Positions 50,717-61,449 of a DNA stretch of 61,544 nt are shown here, piece after piece. This DNA is from Pseudobdellovibrionaceae bacterium (GTDB lineage: Bacteria > Bdellovibrionota > Bdellovibrionia > Bdellovibrionales > Bdellovibrionaceae). The stretch spans positions 1 through 61,544 of the forward strand of contig JBKCTJ010000178.1 in NCBI GenBank assembly GCA_046318875.1, in the 5' to 3' direction. Positions within the stretch are counted from its first letter, which is position 1, and the number at the start of each line of letters is the position of its first letter. The position numbers were made by a program, and so were the translations under genes. The notes under the pieces were generated by a model, which saw only the letters and a list, made by a program, of their open reading frames with translations, was not told the DNA's origin and made no database searches.

Positions 50717-51790
50717 ATGTTTACAAAACTGGATGAAGTTGAATCTCGCTACGAGCAAGTGAACCTTGCTCTTCAACGACCAGACATAGCGAATAATCAA
50801 AAAGAATACCGCGCCTACATGAAGGAACTGTCCGACCTAGAAAAGGTTGTGACAGTTTATCGTGAATTTAAAAAAAAAACCGCAAGTCTTAAAGAAAACA
50901 AATTTCTTCTGACTTCAGAATCAGACCAAGAAATGAAGGAACTGATTCGTGAAGAATTAAAAATGCTAGAAACAGATCTTCCTGTCCTGGAAGACAAATT
51001 AAAAATCCTGTTACTTCCTAAAGATGCTAACGACGATAAAAATATTATTTTAGAAATTCGCGCCGGTGCTGGTGGCGATGAAGCTTCGCTCTTCGCAGAT
51101 GAATTGTTTCGCGGCTATCAATATTACGCTCAGGCCCTGGGATGGAAAACTGAAATGATTTCCTATTCGCCAGGCAATGTCGGTGGAGCCAAGGAAATCA
51201 TCGCAAGTATTTCCGGCGAAAGCGTTTACAGTAAATTAAAATTTGAATCTGGTGTTCATCGCGTTCAGCGAGTCCCTAAAACGGAAGCTCAAGGTCGTGT
51301 TCATACTTCCACAATCACAGTGGCTGTCATCCCAGAAGTGGACGATGTGGAAGTTAAAATTAATATGAATGACGTTCGTATTGACGTGATGAGATCCAGC
51401 GGTGCTGGCGGACAGTCAGTCAATCGAACAGAATCTGCGGTTCGCGTGACTCATATTCCTTCAGGTATCGAAGTGAAATGCCAAGAGGGAAAATCGCAAA
51501 CCTCGAATAAAGAAAAAGCATTTAAGATTTTATATTCTAAGCTTTTACAAATTGCTGAAGATAAAGCTGAAAAAATTGCATCGGACATTCGATTAGATCA
51601 AATCGGCACAGGCGACAGGTCAGAAAGAATTCGCACTTACAATTTTCCGCAAACTCGAATCACAGATCACCGCATTGGTTTGACAACTCATCAGCTGACG
51701 GAAGTCATGAGTGGGAAATTTGAAGTGTTGGTTGATCCGATTTTAGCTCATTTCCAAGCCGAAGCATTGAAGAAGCAAGTCTCGCAATGA
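50717..51790 (+). CDS. prfA: peptide chain release factor 1
   Basis: [17 protein letters not shown] (PxT-type) and the [12 protein letters not shown] motif. Confidence 0.96.
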   Translation: MFTKLDEVESRYEQVNLALQRPDIANNQKEYRAYMKELSDLEKVVTVYREFKKKTASLKENKFLLTSESDQEMKELIREELKMLETDLPVLEDKLKILLLPKDANDDKNIILEIRAGAGGDEASLFADELFRGYQYYAQALGWKTEMISYSPGNVGGAKEIIASISGESVYSKLKFESGVHRVQRVPKTEAQGRVHTSTITVAVIPEVDDVEVKINMNDVRIDVMRSSGAGGQSVNRTESAVRVTHIPSGIEVKCQEGKSQTSNKEKAFKILYSKLLQIAEDKAEKIASDIRLDQIGTGDRSERIRTYNFPQTRITDHRIGLTTHQLTEVMSGKFEVLVDPILAHFQAEALKKQVSQ

Positions 51791-52785
51791 TTTTAAAAGA
51801 AGTTTTAGAAAAATCTATTTTATTTCTAAAAACCAAAAATATTGAAGCTGCAAAAATAGATTCCGAACTGTTGATTTCAGATACTTTGAATTTAAAGCGC
51901 TTGGATTTGTACCTTCAACAAGAACGCCCAATGACTGAAGCCGAAGTTATCCAGTGTCGCGAGCGAGTTGTGCGCCGGGGAAAAGGAGAACCCGTGTCCC
52001 TGATTTTGGGGCGAAGAGATTTCTGCGGATTTACTTTTCGAGTGAACAATCACGTTTTAACACCACGATTTGAAACCGAAGAACTGGTGGAAAAAGCTGT
52101 GGATTTATTCCAAAGTTTGAAGCCTCCACAAAATTCAGTCGTCTTAGATTTAGGTGCGGGCTCTGGCTGCATTGGAATCAGTTTTTTGCTCATGTTGCAA
52201 AAGAAACAAATTAAGAAAAAAATTCTCCCCCTAGGCCATGGCGAAAAAGAAGTTTCGTTGAAAAATGAAAAATCGGTGGGACAAATTCAAAAGCCAACAG
52301 ATTCAGTACTAGCACTTCCAAAAATTTTCGCAGTGGAAAAATCAACAAAGGCATTTGAAGTACTTAAACTAAATGAGGAGCAATTGATTTCTCCAGAATT
52401 AAAAAATTTCTATTTTCCTGTTTTGGGTGATTGCACAGAGCCACAAAAAAATATTGCCCAGCTTTCAGACCAAGATAAAAAATCTATTTTTGCGATCCTG
52501 GGAAATCCTCCTTACATTGCTGAGGGTAGCAAAGATGTTGCAACAGACGTCGTAGAGCATGAACCAAAGGAAGCCCTGTTCGGTGGCCCCAAGGGGACCG
52601 AAGCAGCGCAAGCTTGGATTCAAAATTACATTCCACTCTTGCAAAAAAATGGATTTTTCTTGTTCGAAATGGGATTTGACCAAGGCCCCTCTATGACGAG
52701 AATATTTCAAGAATCAGGTCTGCATGACGTTCAAGTTTTCAAAGATCTTTCGGGACAAGACCGAATCATCTACGGAAGGAAATAA
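51787..52785 (+). CDS. prmC: release-factor glutamine N5-methyltransferase
   Basis: [13 protein letters not shown] motif and GNPPY. ATGA overlap with prfA. Contains a Lys-rich insertion of about 40 aa. Confidence 0.9.
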   Translation: MILKEVLEKSILFLKTKNIEAAKIDSELLISDTLNLKRLDLYLQQERPMTEAEVIQCRERVVRRGKGEPVSLILGRRDFCGFTFRVNNHVLTPRFETEELVEKAVDLFQSLKPPQNSVVLDLGAGSGCIGISFLLMLQKKQIKKKILPLGHGEKEVSLKNEKSVGQIQKPTDSVLALPKIFAVEKSTKAFEVLKLNEEQLISPELKNFYFPVLGDCTEPQKNIAQLSDQDKKSIFAILGNPPYIAEGSKDVATDVVEHEPKEALFGGPKGTEAAQAWIQNYIPLLQKNGFFLFEMGFDQGPSMTRIFQESGLHDVQVFKDLSGQDRIIYGRK

Positions 52786-52790
52786 ATTTT

Positions 52791-54044
52791 ATGGATAAAA
52801 TGATCATTCGCGGAGGCAAGAGGCTTTCTGGTGAAGTGCATGCCAGTGGCGCGAAAAATTCGGCCCTGCCTATTTTGTTTTCCACTTTGCTTGCCGAGGG
52901 AACTCATACTTTTACCAACGTTCCGCTTTTAAAAGATATTGATTCAACAGCCGAGCTTTTGGCGAGCTTGGGTTGCAAAACCGAACGCCGCGGATCTGAG
53001 TTTCTAGTTCATGTTCAAAAATTAACTTCTTTCGAAGCACATTACGATCTGGTTCGAAAAATGCGAGCCAGCATTCTATGTTTAGGTCCAATGCTTGCAA
53101 AATATGGAGAAGCCGTTGTCAGTTTGCCGGGCGGTTGCGCTATCGGGACTCGCCCTATTGATTTGCATTTAGATGGAATGAAAACTTTGGGAGCGGAAAT
53201 TGAACTGAAAGAAGGCTATGTTCACGCTCGAACAAAAAAGCTCAAGGGCGCATCTTTGCTTTTTGAAAATGTAACAGTCGGGGGCACGGAAAACTTGATG
53301 ATGGCAGCAACCCTTGCTGACGGTTTAACGACGATCGAAAATGCGGCGAAGGAACCTGAAATTGTCGATTTGGCTGAATATCTTATTAAGATGGGTGCAA
53401 AAATCGAAGGTCATGGAACAAGCACAATTCGCATTACTGGTGTTTCAAAGCTGACACCTTCCAAACATGCCATTATTCCAGATCGAATCGAAGTGGGAAC
53501 TCTATTGATTGCAGCAGCTATCACCAAAGGTGAAGTGACGGTGAAATCCTGTGTTCCCCAGCACCTTGAAGCGTTATTAATTAAGCTGCAAGAATCTGGT
53601 TTTGAAATTCGAACCAAAACAAATGAAATTTATTTAAAATCACCCGAGTCATGGAAAGCAGTAGATATTACAACTGCCCCACATCCACTTTTCCCAACAG
53701 ATTTACAAGCGCAGTTTATGGCTTTGATGTGTGTTGCAAAAGGGGCCAGTGTCATCACCGAAACAGTTTTTGAAAATCGCTTTATGCACGTTCAGGAACT
53801 GATGCGACTTGGTGCAGATATTACTCCCAAGGCTAGGGTCGCCGTAGTCAGAGGTAAGTCAGTTTTAACTGGTGCTACCGTAATGGCTACAGATTTAAGA
53901 GCATCGGCATCTTTGGTCCTTGCAGGCTTATTTGCTCATGGCGAAACTCAGGTCAGTCGCATTTATCATCTAGACCGAGGTTATGAAAATTTAGAAGGAA
54001 AACTGACCTCCTTAGGCGCAGATATTCATCGCGCCAAAGAATAA
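52791..54044 (+). CDS. murA: UDP-N-acetylglucosamine 1-carboxyvinyltransferase
   Basis: [10 protein letters not shown] and the catalytic Cys loop [15 protein letters not shown]. Confidence 0.96.
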   Translation: MDKMIIRGGKRLSGEVHASGAKNSALPILFSTLLAEGTHTFTNVPLLKDIDSTAELLASLGCKTERRGSEFLVHVQKLTSFEAHYDLVRKMRASILCLGPMLAKYGEAVVSLPGGCAIGTRPIDLHLDGMKTLGAEIELKEGYVHARTKKLKGASLLFENVTVGGTENLMMAATLADGLTTIENAAKEPEIVDLAEYLIKMGAKIEGHGTSTIRITGVSKLTPSKHAIIPDRIEVGTLLIAAAITKGEVTVKSCVPQHLEALLIKLQESGFEIRTKTNEIYLKSPESWKAVDITTAPHPLFPTDLQAQFMALMCVAKGASVITETVFENRFMHVQELMRLGADITPKARVAVVRGKSVLTGATVMATDLRASASLVLAGLFAHGETQVSRIYHLDRGYENLEGKLTSLGADIHRAKE

Positions 54045-54133
54045 ATGCCTTCCGTCAGCAAACGAATACATTTTCTTCCATAATCGGAGGATGTTAGAAA
54101 ATCAAAATGGTGAGAAACTCGGTTTAAAAAACA

Positions 54134-54173
54134 AAAGCCCCAATCACGAGGGGGGATGGATCGGGGCTTTTTC
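54134..54173 (+). terminator. intrinsic terminator downstream of murA
   Basis: AAAGCCCCAATC ... GATCGGGGCTTT stem with one mismatch, followed by TTT. Confidence 0.6.
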
Positions 54174-54240
54174 GACTAAATTTCAAGCTCAATGTGGGGA
54201 GGGGGGAAGTCCACAGAGAGCCTGTTAAACTAATTCAATT

Positions 54241-54477
54241 TTAAAAACTAAAACTTGTGAGCAGGAAATGAGCTGAATTGATTGGTTCAGAAACTTTCTT
54301 AAAAGACGGAATAATTTTTTGCGCTTCTTGAGCAAATTCAAATTCGGACTTTGCTGTCAGCTGAATTGAAATTGCTATCACACCCAAAACATAAACCACT
54401 AGTAACAACTTTTTTAACCAACTCAATTTCACTAAAAAAGCCATAGCAATGAGGATGCCAAACTTTTGGTGCCTCAA
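54241..54477 (-). CDS. hypothetical small membrane protein
   Basis: Two hydrophobic segments. No clear RBS checked. Confidence 0.35.
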   Translation of the reverse strand: MRHQKFGILIAMAFLVKLSWLKKLLLVVYVLGVIAISIQLTAKSEFEFAQEAQKIIPSFKKVSEPINSAHFLLTSFSF

Positions 54478-54658
54478 TCTTCATTTAAATTGGACCTACG
54501 GCAGATAGGTTTCGAAATATGAATTTAAATCAGTCCTATAATGAGTCGCGCTGGTTCCACGGTGGAACTGAAGCGCGCTTCAGGTACAGACCTTGGGCTG
54601 GAAACATAGGAATCAATTTACGGGAACGCTGCACTGTCTAGTCGCCACCAGCTACAAT

Positions 54659-57658
54659 ATGGAGATGGTTTCAAAGAATCAATCTGACGCTCAAAAATGG
54701 ATTATCCGTATTGGCAATTCGCCAACACAAGGTCCATTTTCCACAGCAGAAGTCATTGAAAGAATCAATGATGGAGATTTATTTGGCGAAGAAATGGTGG
54801 CACTCTTTCCAGATGGCCAGTGGAAGCGGCTTTCCCAGGAACCGACTTTTTTCTCGTTGATTCTCGATGTGTTAGAAAAAGGCAGTCAGGATTTTGCGGA
54901 TAAAAAAAGGCAAACAGCGACCGAGCCCAATACTGAAGCAGATCAAGATCTCACTGTGGCTGATGATGGAACTCACAGTCGGAAAACATCTGCCACCAGT
55001 CCCACCAAAACAAGCGACAGCATTTTGAAAAGTGAAGATAACAATTGGCAAGTGCGCGTGGATGAATACAACGCTAAAATTCAACTGCAAAAGGAAAATA
55101 AAAAAAAACTTTCAGAACTGGCAAAAGAAACGAGCTCGTATCAATCGACAATCATTGAAGCACAAAATCTAAGAAACAATGGACTACCTGAACACTTCAA
55201 TCCAGAGTCACAAAAATTACAGAACTGGATGTATCTCGTCGGAGCTGTCGTAGCAGTTGTCGCTGCTTATTTGATTTTTTTCGAAGTAGGGCCAAATGCC
55301 GATTCCCATGGTTTTTCCAGAATCAGTTTAAAGGCGCCACAGTTTGGAAATAAAAAATTATCTGACAAAGAAGTTCAGCAACTACTTAAATCCTCGCTTC
55401 AAAATATTCAGGCCGATACCTTGGAAGGATATTTATCAGCCCAATCGAAATTAGTAGAAGCAGTCGAAGGCGCGCCAGAACACATTCAATCAAGAGCAAT
55501 TTTATGCATGATCTACCGAGAGCTTTGGCCTTTTGCAAAACAAGATTCAAATGATATCAAGACGATAGCGATGCTCACGCAAAATATAAAAAAAATAAAT
55601 GTTGTGAGCCCTTATGCAAATTTCTGTGAAGTCGTTCAACTCTTGACCCAAGATAAATACAAAGAAGCTCGAAATACCGTTGATTCTATTTTTGAAAAAA
55701 CCTTGACCTTTGATTTAACGCCCGTTCTGTTTTTGTACCGTGCAGAAATTTTAGAATTTGAAAAAGATTATTTAAACGCAGTTCCCTATTATGAGCGTGC
55801 TGATACAATATGGAAAAGCACCACTGGATTGACTTGGTTAAAGCCGAATTTTGAGTTGGCCGAACTATTCTACAATAAACAAGAATACACAAAATCAAAC
55901 GAGCTTTTAAGAAATATTCTTCAATTAAAGCCCGATCAAAAAGGCGCAAAAATTTTGATGGGGTTAAATCAGTTATATGGGTTTCGGCAACCAGAAAATG
56001 CCCTTGAAACACTAACCGTTGCCATCAACTTAAAATCAGCGGTAAAGCCACAACTGGAAGCCGAGGGGCTGTTTGCTTTGGCTGAAATGACCCAAAAACG
56101 GGGCGACAGAAAAAAGGCCCTCGAGTTTGCACAAAGGGCTTTGAAGTTAAGACCAGACTTAGGAAAAGCAAAAAAATTAATTTCCACCCTAGGCGGCAAA
56201 CCCATCAATGCTCTTGAGCGGGCCGGCGCAGAGATGATGTTCATTGCAGATCAGTATGCCAGGTCCGGAGATTGTCTTTCGGCACAAGCTGAATACAAAG
56301 CAATTTTTGAGGCAAATCCCAAGCTTGCAACAGCTGCGATGAAAGCCGCACAATGTTTGTGGAAATTAAATCAAAGCTTTGAATCGGTGGATTATTTAAC
56401 AAAAGCAATTAAAGCCGATCCCAACCTAGTTTCTGCCTACGTCTTACAAGCAGATTATTTGTCGCAGACTTTCCAGTTTTCAAAAGCCTTGTCAGTGTTG
56501 GGAAATGCCCGCAGAGTTGCGGTCAACAATTACGAAGTTTTTCGCGGACTGGCTTTGGTAGAGCTACGTAGAAATAATTTTTTGATGGCTGTTCGATACG
56601 GGGAACAAGCGAATAAATTGTTTGATTCGGATATTCAGACTCACGTGATTATGTCCCAAGCCTATTCAAAAATATATTTTACCTCCTCTGCGACAACGAC
56701 GGAACAAGCAGATCAGAAAGCTTTAGCTGCTCGAAGTGCGATGAGCTTTGCTGCAAAGGCCATTGAAATTGACGGCACCAATGAAGAAGCTCAAGTGAAT
56801 TATGCCCGCACCTTAGCTTCGATTAAATCCGTGGATTCCGGTCAACAATATTTGTTGGATTTGATTTCCAAATATGGATCGAATTTGGACTATCGATTAG
56901 GTATGGGCGATTTGCTGAAAGATTTTGAAAGATGCAATGAAGCCATACGGTATTATCAACAAGTGGTGGATATTGATACCAAAAACAAACGGGCTTATTT
57001 AGGTTTAGGAGACTGCTACAGGATGACTGGCCAACCAGATAAAGCCATGAAACCCTATTTAAATGCAGCTTTGTTGGACCCGGTTGATCCCGAAGCAATG
57101 TTTCAAATGGGCAAATTGTATTTAGAAAAAAATCAACTCCCATTGGCGAAAGAAAGATTTGAATCTGTACTGCGATCAAATCCCAATTATCCTAAAACAT
57201 ATTTTAATTTAGCCATGACAGCGTTTTTGTCTCAGAGGTACGATGATGCGATGATTTATTTGCGAGAAGAAAAAAAGCTCTATCCTCAATTGGCAGATTC
57301 TTATGTCCTGGCCGCAGAAATTTTTGCTACTCAGAAAATGTTTTCAGAATGTGCTGGGGAATATTCATCTGCTCTGAAGTTAAAACCACAGGGAGCGGAA
57401 ATATATGTCAAAGCAGCGGAATGCTACCGAAAAGCGGGTTCGGTGGATGTTGCCGAAGATATGTTGTCTTTGGCTCAAGAGAGAGAAAGCGGATACGCAG
57501 AATTGTGGCGAGAGCTGGGTCAGATCTATGAAATTAAGGGTGACCTCAGAGCAGCAATTGTTTCCTATAGAAAATATCTTGGACTTTCGCCAAATGCGAA
57601 GGATTATCGTGAAGTGGATGACAGGATCAAATTGCTTCTGCGCAAAGGGGCATTTTAA
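54659..57658 (+). CDS. GYF_2-like N-terminal domain plus TM segment plus multi-TPR repeat protein
   Basis: WIIRIGNSPTQGPFSTAEVIERINDGDL...GQWKRL is DUF4339/GYF_2-like. One TM (YLVGAVVAVVAAYLIFF). Many 34-residue TPR-like repeats follow. Start set at ATG 54659. Confidence 0.8.
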   Translation: MEMVSKNQSDAQKWIIRIGNSPTQGPFSTAEVIERINDGDLFGEEMVALFPDGQWKRLSQEPTFFSLILDVLEKGSQDFADKKRQTATEPNTEADQDLTVADDGTHSRKTSATSPTKTSDSILKSEDNNWQVRVDEYNAKIQLQKENKKKLSELAKETSSYQSTIIEAQNLRNNGLPEHFNPESQKLQNWMYLVGAVVAVVAAYLIFFEVGPNADSHGFSRISLKAPQFGNKKLSDKEVQQLLKSSLQNIQADTLEGYLSAQSKLVEAVEGAPEHIQSRAILCMIYRELWPFAKQDSNDIKTIAMLTQNIKKINVVSPYANFCEVVQLLTQDKYKEARNTVDSIFEKTLTFDLTPVLFLYRAEILEFEKDYLNAVPYYERADTIWKSTTGLTWLKPNFELAELFYNKQEYTKSNELLRNILQLKPDQKGAKILMGLNQLYGFRQPENALETLTVAINLKSAVKPQLEAEGLFALAEMTQKRGDRKKALEFAQRALKLRPDLGKAKKLISTLGGKPINALERAGAEMMFIADQYARSGDCLSAQAEYKAIFEANPKLATAAMKAAQCLWKLNQSFESVDYLTKAIKADPNLVSAYVLQADYLSQTFQFSKALSVLGNARRVAVNNYEVFRGLALVELRRNNFLMAVRYGEQANKLFDSDIQTHVIMSQAYSKIYFTSSATTTEQADQKALAARSAMSFAAKAIEIDGTNEEAQVNYARTLASIKSVDSGQQYLLDLISKYGSNLDYRLGMGDLLKDFERCNEAIRYYQQVVDIDTKNKRAYLGLGDCYRMTGQPDKAMKPYLNAALLDPVDPEAMFQMGKLYLEKNQLPLAKERFESVLRSNPNYPKTYFNLAMTAFLSQRYDDAMIYLREEKKLYPQLADSYVLAAEIFATQKMFSECAGEYSSALKLKPQGAEIYVKAAECYRKAGSVDVAEDMLSLAQERESGYAELWRELGQIYEIKGDLRAAIVSYRKYLGLSPNAKDYREVDDRIKLLLRKGAF

Positions 57659-57982
57659 ATGAAAGGGGCAAGTATGGGTTTTTCTGACAGAGTAGATTCG
57701 ATGGGGCAAAGTCTGAAGAGCGGGACAAAAAACGCAACAGTTTCATTTGTTGCCTTAAGCTTAAGACTGTTGACTGGATTGGTTTTGGGATTGGTGCTGT
57801 CTTTGATTTGCCAAGTTTTAATGAATCTTGGCCAGTTTTCCGTAGTCTTTTTGGTCTTTTTGTTTGGTGGAATATTTTTTCGTCTATCCAGCACTTGGTC
57901 CATTCCTAAAATTCTTGTCTTTGATTTGATTGCAACACTTGTCGCAGTCATTCTGAGAATGTATATCTATTTAGCACCTTAA
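57659..57982 (+). CDS. hypothetical small membrane protein
   Basis: Three hydrophobic helices. ATG immediately follows the upstream TAA. Confidence 0.5.
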   Translation: MKGASMGFSDRVDSMGQSLKSGTKNATVSFVALSLRLLTGLVLGLVLSLICQVLMNLGQFSVVFLVFLFGGIFFRLSSTWSIPKILVFDLIATLVAVILRMYIYLAP

Positions 57983-58016
57983 TCTGAATCATTTATGTTA
58001 AACGCAGGAGCTCTTT

Positions 58017-59315
58017 GTGATCGATCTTAAACTTCTGGAAAAAAAACCAGAATCTGGAACAAGCTATTACGATGAATATAAACAGTGCCTGTTGAACAGG
58101 GGTGCCGACGTTTCTGGCTTGGAAAAAGTTTTAGAACTGAATCGCAAACGCAAAGAACTGATGACATTGGCAGAAAACAATAAATCTAAACTGAATAAGT
58201 TCAGCGAAGAAATTGCCAAAATGAAGCGAACGGGCCAAGATGCTTCGAGCTTGATTGAAGATATGGGAAAGCTGTCTGCCGAAGTGAAGACGCTTGAAGC
58301 AAATGCAGCAGATGCAGACGAAGTCGTTAAACAGCAACTATCAACTTTACCAAACAAAACACACTCTTCGACTCCTGTTGGAGCCGATGCATCTGGCAAT
58401 ATTGAAATTAAAAAAATCGGAAATCCAAAAACATTTTCCTTTGCTGTGAAAGATCATGTTGATCTGGGCGACAAGCTAGGGGTTTTAGATTTTGAAAGAG
58501 GGACGAAAGTCACTGGTGCAAGATTTACTTTCCTAAAGGGACTCGGCGCGCGCCTAGAGAGAGCCCTTATTCAGTTTATGATGGACACTCATTCAACTAA
58601 AAATGGCTATACAGAAATGATTCCGCCATTTATGGCAAATACGCAAAGTTTTTTTGGCGTAGGTCAGTTTCCTAAATTCAAAGAAGATGTTTTTCAGTTA
58701 GCCGGTACAGATTATTATTTGATTCCAACAGCCGAAGTTCCAACAACAAACTATTATGCTGGAGAAATTTTAAAAGAAGAAGACTTGCCCATTTCTTTTT
58801 GCGCTTATTCGCCTTGTTTTCGTTCTGAGGCTGGCAGTCATGGCCGAGACACTCGTGGACTGATTCGCCAACATCAGTTTAATAAAGTTGAATTGATGAC
58901 TTTCTGTCATCCCGAAAAATCTTACGAACAGCTAGAAAAATTGACCGAACATGCAGAAATGATTCTTTCTGATTTGGAACTTCCCTATAAGAGAATGGCT
59001 TTGTGTACCGGGGATATTGGATTTGGCTCGTCAAAAACTTATGATCTGGAAGTGTGGTTGCCAGCGCAGAAAACATACCGAGAAATTTCGTCTTGTTCAA
59101 ATTTTGAAGATTTTCAAGCAAGACGTGCAAACATTCGTTTTAAGTCTCAGACCGGAAAACCTAGCTTCGTGCATACACTGAACGGAAGCGGTTTAGCAGT
59201 AGGTCGAACTGTGGTTGCAATACTTGAAAACTATCAACAAGAAGACGGGTCTGTGCAAATACCAAAAGCTTTAGTTAATTACATGGCAGGAGCGAAAGAG
59301 ATTCGATTGTCTTAA
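58017..59315 (+). CDS. serS: serine--tRNA ligase
   Basis: N-terminal coiled-coil arm. Class II motifs TGARF, FRSEAGS and [12 protein letters not shown] start behind GGAG. Confidence 0.96.
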   Translation: MIDLKLLEKKPESGTSYYDEYKQCLLNRGADVSGLEKVLELNRKRKELMTLAENNKSKLNKFSEEIAKMKRTGQDASSLIEDMGKLSAEVKTLEANAADADEVVKQQLSTLPNKTHSSTPVGADASGNIEIKKIGNPKTFSFAVKDHVDLGDKLGVLDFERGTKVTGARFTFLKGLGARLERALIQFMMDTHSTKNGYTEMIPPFMANTQSFFGVGQFPKFKEDVFQLAGTDYYLIPTAEVPTTNYYAGEILKEEDLPISFCAYSPCFRSEAGSHGRDTRGLIRQHQFNKVELMTFCHPEKSYEQLEKLTEHAEMILSDLELPYKRMALCTGDIGFGSSKTYDLEVWLPAQKTYREISSCSNFEDFQARRANIRFKSQTGKPSFVHTLNGSGLAVGRTVVAILENYQQEDGSVQIPKALVNYMAGAKEIRLS

Positions 59316-60058
59316 GTCGATTTTGGCTTTGAAGTTGGTGATATCATTACTAACCCCACAAGATAATGAAGTGTGATGAGAACAAAACAAATTTTATGTG
59401 TACGAACTAAAATTGCGGGAAGGGTTTTTCCCGTCCAGTAGCCCGAATCAAGCAGTTTTTCTGTGTCACTTTGTTCAGTTTCACTCATGATCGTTCCACC
59501 CATAGGCAAATGACCCGGAGATTTTTGGGCTCGGGTCCAAATATGATTACTTTTAAATAAGACGAAAAAAGAAATGAGAACAAAAAAATATCGAAAAAAA
59601 TCCCAACGAAATTTGTTTGGGAAGTGGAAATAAAAACCACAAATTAAAGTCGTGCTGATAATGATTTCCCCCAAAAATCCACCCAAAGAAAAAATCATCA
59701 AATGAACAGAGTGGCTTGTGAAAACTCGCAAGATAAGTGAAATGAGAATTAAGGATCTAGAAATACCAGCCAGATAATAGGAGTTTTCTTTAAGAAAATA
59801 ATATGCAGCAAAGGAAAGACCGAATAAAAAAGCAGCATAAAAAACCTCTGAGGGTCCAAAGGTCACAGTATATGCATAGGTGGGAATAGCGATTTGTCCC
59901 GTCATCCAAGCCGCAATGGCATGGCCAAGCTCGTGAAATCCCATTTGAAAATGCCACAAAATGAAATTGACGAACATATTTTGGCTTTTGGACAGCAGAT
60001 ATGCAACCGCTGCAAGAACGGGCAAAGAGAATGGAATGAGACGATTTTCATCTATCAT
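59312..60058 (-). CDS. polytopic membrane protein with HExxH (M50/site-2-protease-like) motif
   Basis: [11 protein letters not shown] lies within a TM helix. About 6 TM segments. Its stop overlaps the serS stop as TTAA. Confidence 0.6.
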   Translation of the reverse strand: MIDENRLIPFSLPVLAAVAYLLSKSQNMFVNFILWHFQMGFHELGHAIAAWMTGQIAIPTYAYTVTFGPSEVFYAAFLFGLSFAAYYFLKENSYYLAGISRSLILISLILRVFTSHSVHLMIFSLGGFLGEIIISTTLICGFYFHFPNKFRWDFFRYFFVLISFFVLFKSNHIWTRAQKSPGHLPMGGTIMSETEQSDTEKLLDSGYWTGKTLPAILVRTHKICFVLITLHYLVGLVMISPTSKPKST

Positions 60059-60184
60059 GTTTTGATTTTGCTCGATGTTCAGCGACCGAGTCTCTGAAAA
60101 GTCATTGGGCCTCTAAAATTAAACAAAGCAGCAATTTCAAAATATCAATTGAGTTCAATACTTTAAAACCATAAAACCATCGAC

Positions 60185-60274
60185 GGAGAGTTGGTAGAGC
60201 GGTTGAATACACCAGTCTTGAAAACTGGCAGCCCTTCGCGGGGCTCGAGGGTTCGAATCCCTCACTCTCCGCCA
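60185..60274 (+). tRNA. tRNA-Ser (anticodon UGA), CCA encoded
   Basis: Acceptor GGAGAGT/ACTCTCC. D loop GAGCGGTTGAA. Anticodon arm CCAGT-CTTGAAA-ACTGG. Long variable arm. T arm GAGGG-TTCGAAT-CCCTC. Very similar to E. coli tRNA-Ser(UGA). Confidence 0.95.
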
Positions 60275-60504
60275 ATTTCCGGCATCGGTGGATAAACCGC
60301 GTTAATTTCCCACGATTTTAGGTTTTCAAGAAAATTTCATCCAAATACCCTTCGGAAGTTTCCCAAAATTCTAAAGACACTTCAAACATTGGCTTGATCT
60401 CTGGACCAATGGCTAATTCAGTTTCAACTTGAAGCTTGAATGACCGTGAGTTTGAACCTCAGCTATCTGAATTTTAATCTTTTCCCTTTTCTAAAAATCA
60501 ACTA

Positions 60505-60533
60505 TTGACACATTGAATAATAGTGTAATATAG
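60505..60533 (+). promoter_or_regulatory. candidate promoter with direct repeat operator for brnTA
   Basis: TTGACA (60505-60510) and TAATAT (60526-60531) with 15-nt spacing. The ATAGTGT direct repeat overlaps the -10. The ATG is only about 13 nt downstream and has no SD. Confidence 0.4.
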
Positions 60534-60544
60534 TGTGATTCACT

Positions 60545-60889
60545 ATGGCGGCTTTTAAGTTCATACAGTGGCTGGTCGATTGGATTGAGAGTCAGTCCGA
60601 TTTTGCTTTTGAGTGGGACCTTGGAAACCGTACCAAGAACTATATCAAACACGGAATCACCATCGAAGAAGCGGAGTCAGTTTTCAATCAGCCCGAAGCA
60701 ATTAGGGCGCTTGGTGAGCAGGTAAGCCCCAAGGCTGCTGAGCCAAGATTTGGAATTCTTGGTCTGACTGATACCCTTGAACATGTATTTGTCTGCTTTA
60801 CGATTCGTGGGTCAGGAATCCGAATAATCCATATACGCAAGATGAACAAAAAAGAGAGGAGCCTTTATGCCGAACTATGCAAAGAATGA
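60545..60889 (+). CDS. brnT: BrnT-family (DUF497) toxin
   Basis: FEWDLGNRTKNYIKHGITIEEAESVF...IRIIHIRKMNKKERSLY matches the DUF497 pattern. Confidence 0.85.
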   Translation: MAAFKFIQWLVDWIESQSDFAFEWDLGNRTKNYIKHGITIEEAESVFNQPEAIRALGEQVSPKAAEPRFGILGLTDTLEHVFVCFTIRGSGIRIIHIRKMNKKERSLYAELCKE

Positions 60890-61103
60890 AAAAGGATATG
60901 CGAACGTCACTTTTAACGCCAAGGCCGTCAAGGATGCCTATGCCAAGTCAAAGACGAAACGAAAGCACCCAACGAGCGTTAACCTACCCGAAGAGGTCAT
61001 CACGGGGCTGAAGGCCTTGGCTTTGGAGAGGGAGGTTCCTTACCAGACCCTTATGCGTAAGTTCATCACGGAAGGCCTTGCCAAGAGCAAGAAGGGCGCA
61101 TAG
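60867..61103 (+). CDS. brnA: BrnA-like (RHH/CopG-type) antitoxin
   Basis: Overlaps brnT by 23 nt. GAGAGGAG RBS. C-terminal VNLPEEVITGLKALALEREVPYQTLMRKFITEGL. Confidence 0.75.
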   Translation: MPNYAKNEKGYANVTFNAKAVKDAYAKSKTKRKHPTSVNLPEEVITGLKALALEREVPYQTLMRKFITEGLAKSKKGA

Positions 61104-61116
61104 CAGGAGGGTTGCT

Positions 61117-61449
61117 ATGATTGAGTTTACCAAATTAGAAAAACGAGAGTTGCGCCGTCTGGCTGGCGACGCTTATAAAGCCGAGATGGAAAGGGAAGTC
61201 TCTAAACTCGAAGCTGCATTTCAGACCTGGCGTAGTGGAAAAATAGACGTCATTGAGTTGGACGATCAGATCCACACCTATTATTCTGGGCCGCGAAAGC
61301 AACTCTATGGGTTCTACCAGTTGCGGAACCAACCCGAAGCTGCGGTGGCTCGTGGCATAACCATGGGTTTGATTGATGCTGCCCAAGTGCCTGGCAAAAT
61401 TAAAATCAAGATCGAGCACATGATTGCATTTTTTAAAGAGAACTCTTGA
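61117..61449 (+). CDS. hypothetical protein (110 aa)
   Basis: AGGAGGG RBS 6 nt before ATG 61117. I recognised no family. Shares the G+C-richer composition of brnTA. Confidence 0.55.
   Translation: MIEFTKLEKRELRRLAGDAYKAEMEREVSKLEAAFQTWRSGKIDVIELDDQIHTYYSGPRKQLYGFYQLRNQPEAAVARGITMGLIDAAQVPGKIKIKIEHMIAFFKENS

Noticed and set aside
54087-54225. A 45-codon ORF and conspicuous G runs (GGGGGG, GGGG, GGGGAGGGGGG) downstream of murA, considered as a small gene or G-quadruplex.
   Set aside because: The ATG directly abuts its putative SD with zero spacing. The first G runs are explained by the murA terminator stem. The G-tract spacing does not fit a canonical G4.
60446-60470. CGTGAGTTTGAACCTCAGCTATCT resembles the tRNA-Ser T-arm/3' end (CGAGGGTTCGAATCCCTCACTCTCC), considered as an att-site duplicate.
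   Set aside because: It is too degenerate and lies only about 170 bp from the tRNA, with no integrase in view. It is noted only as a lead for the island hypothesis.
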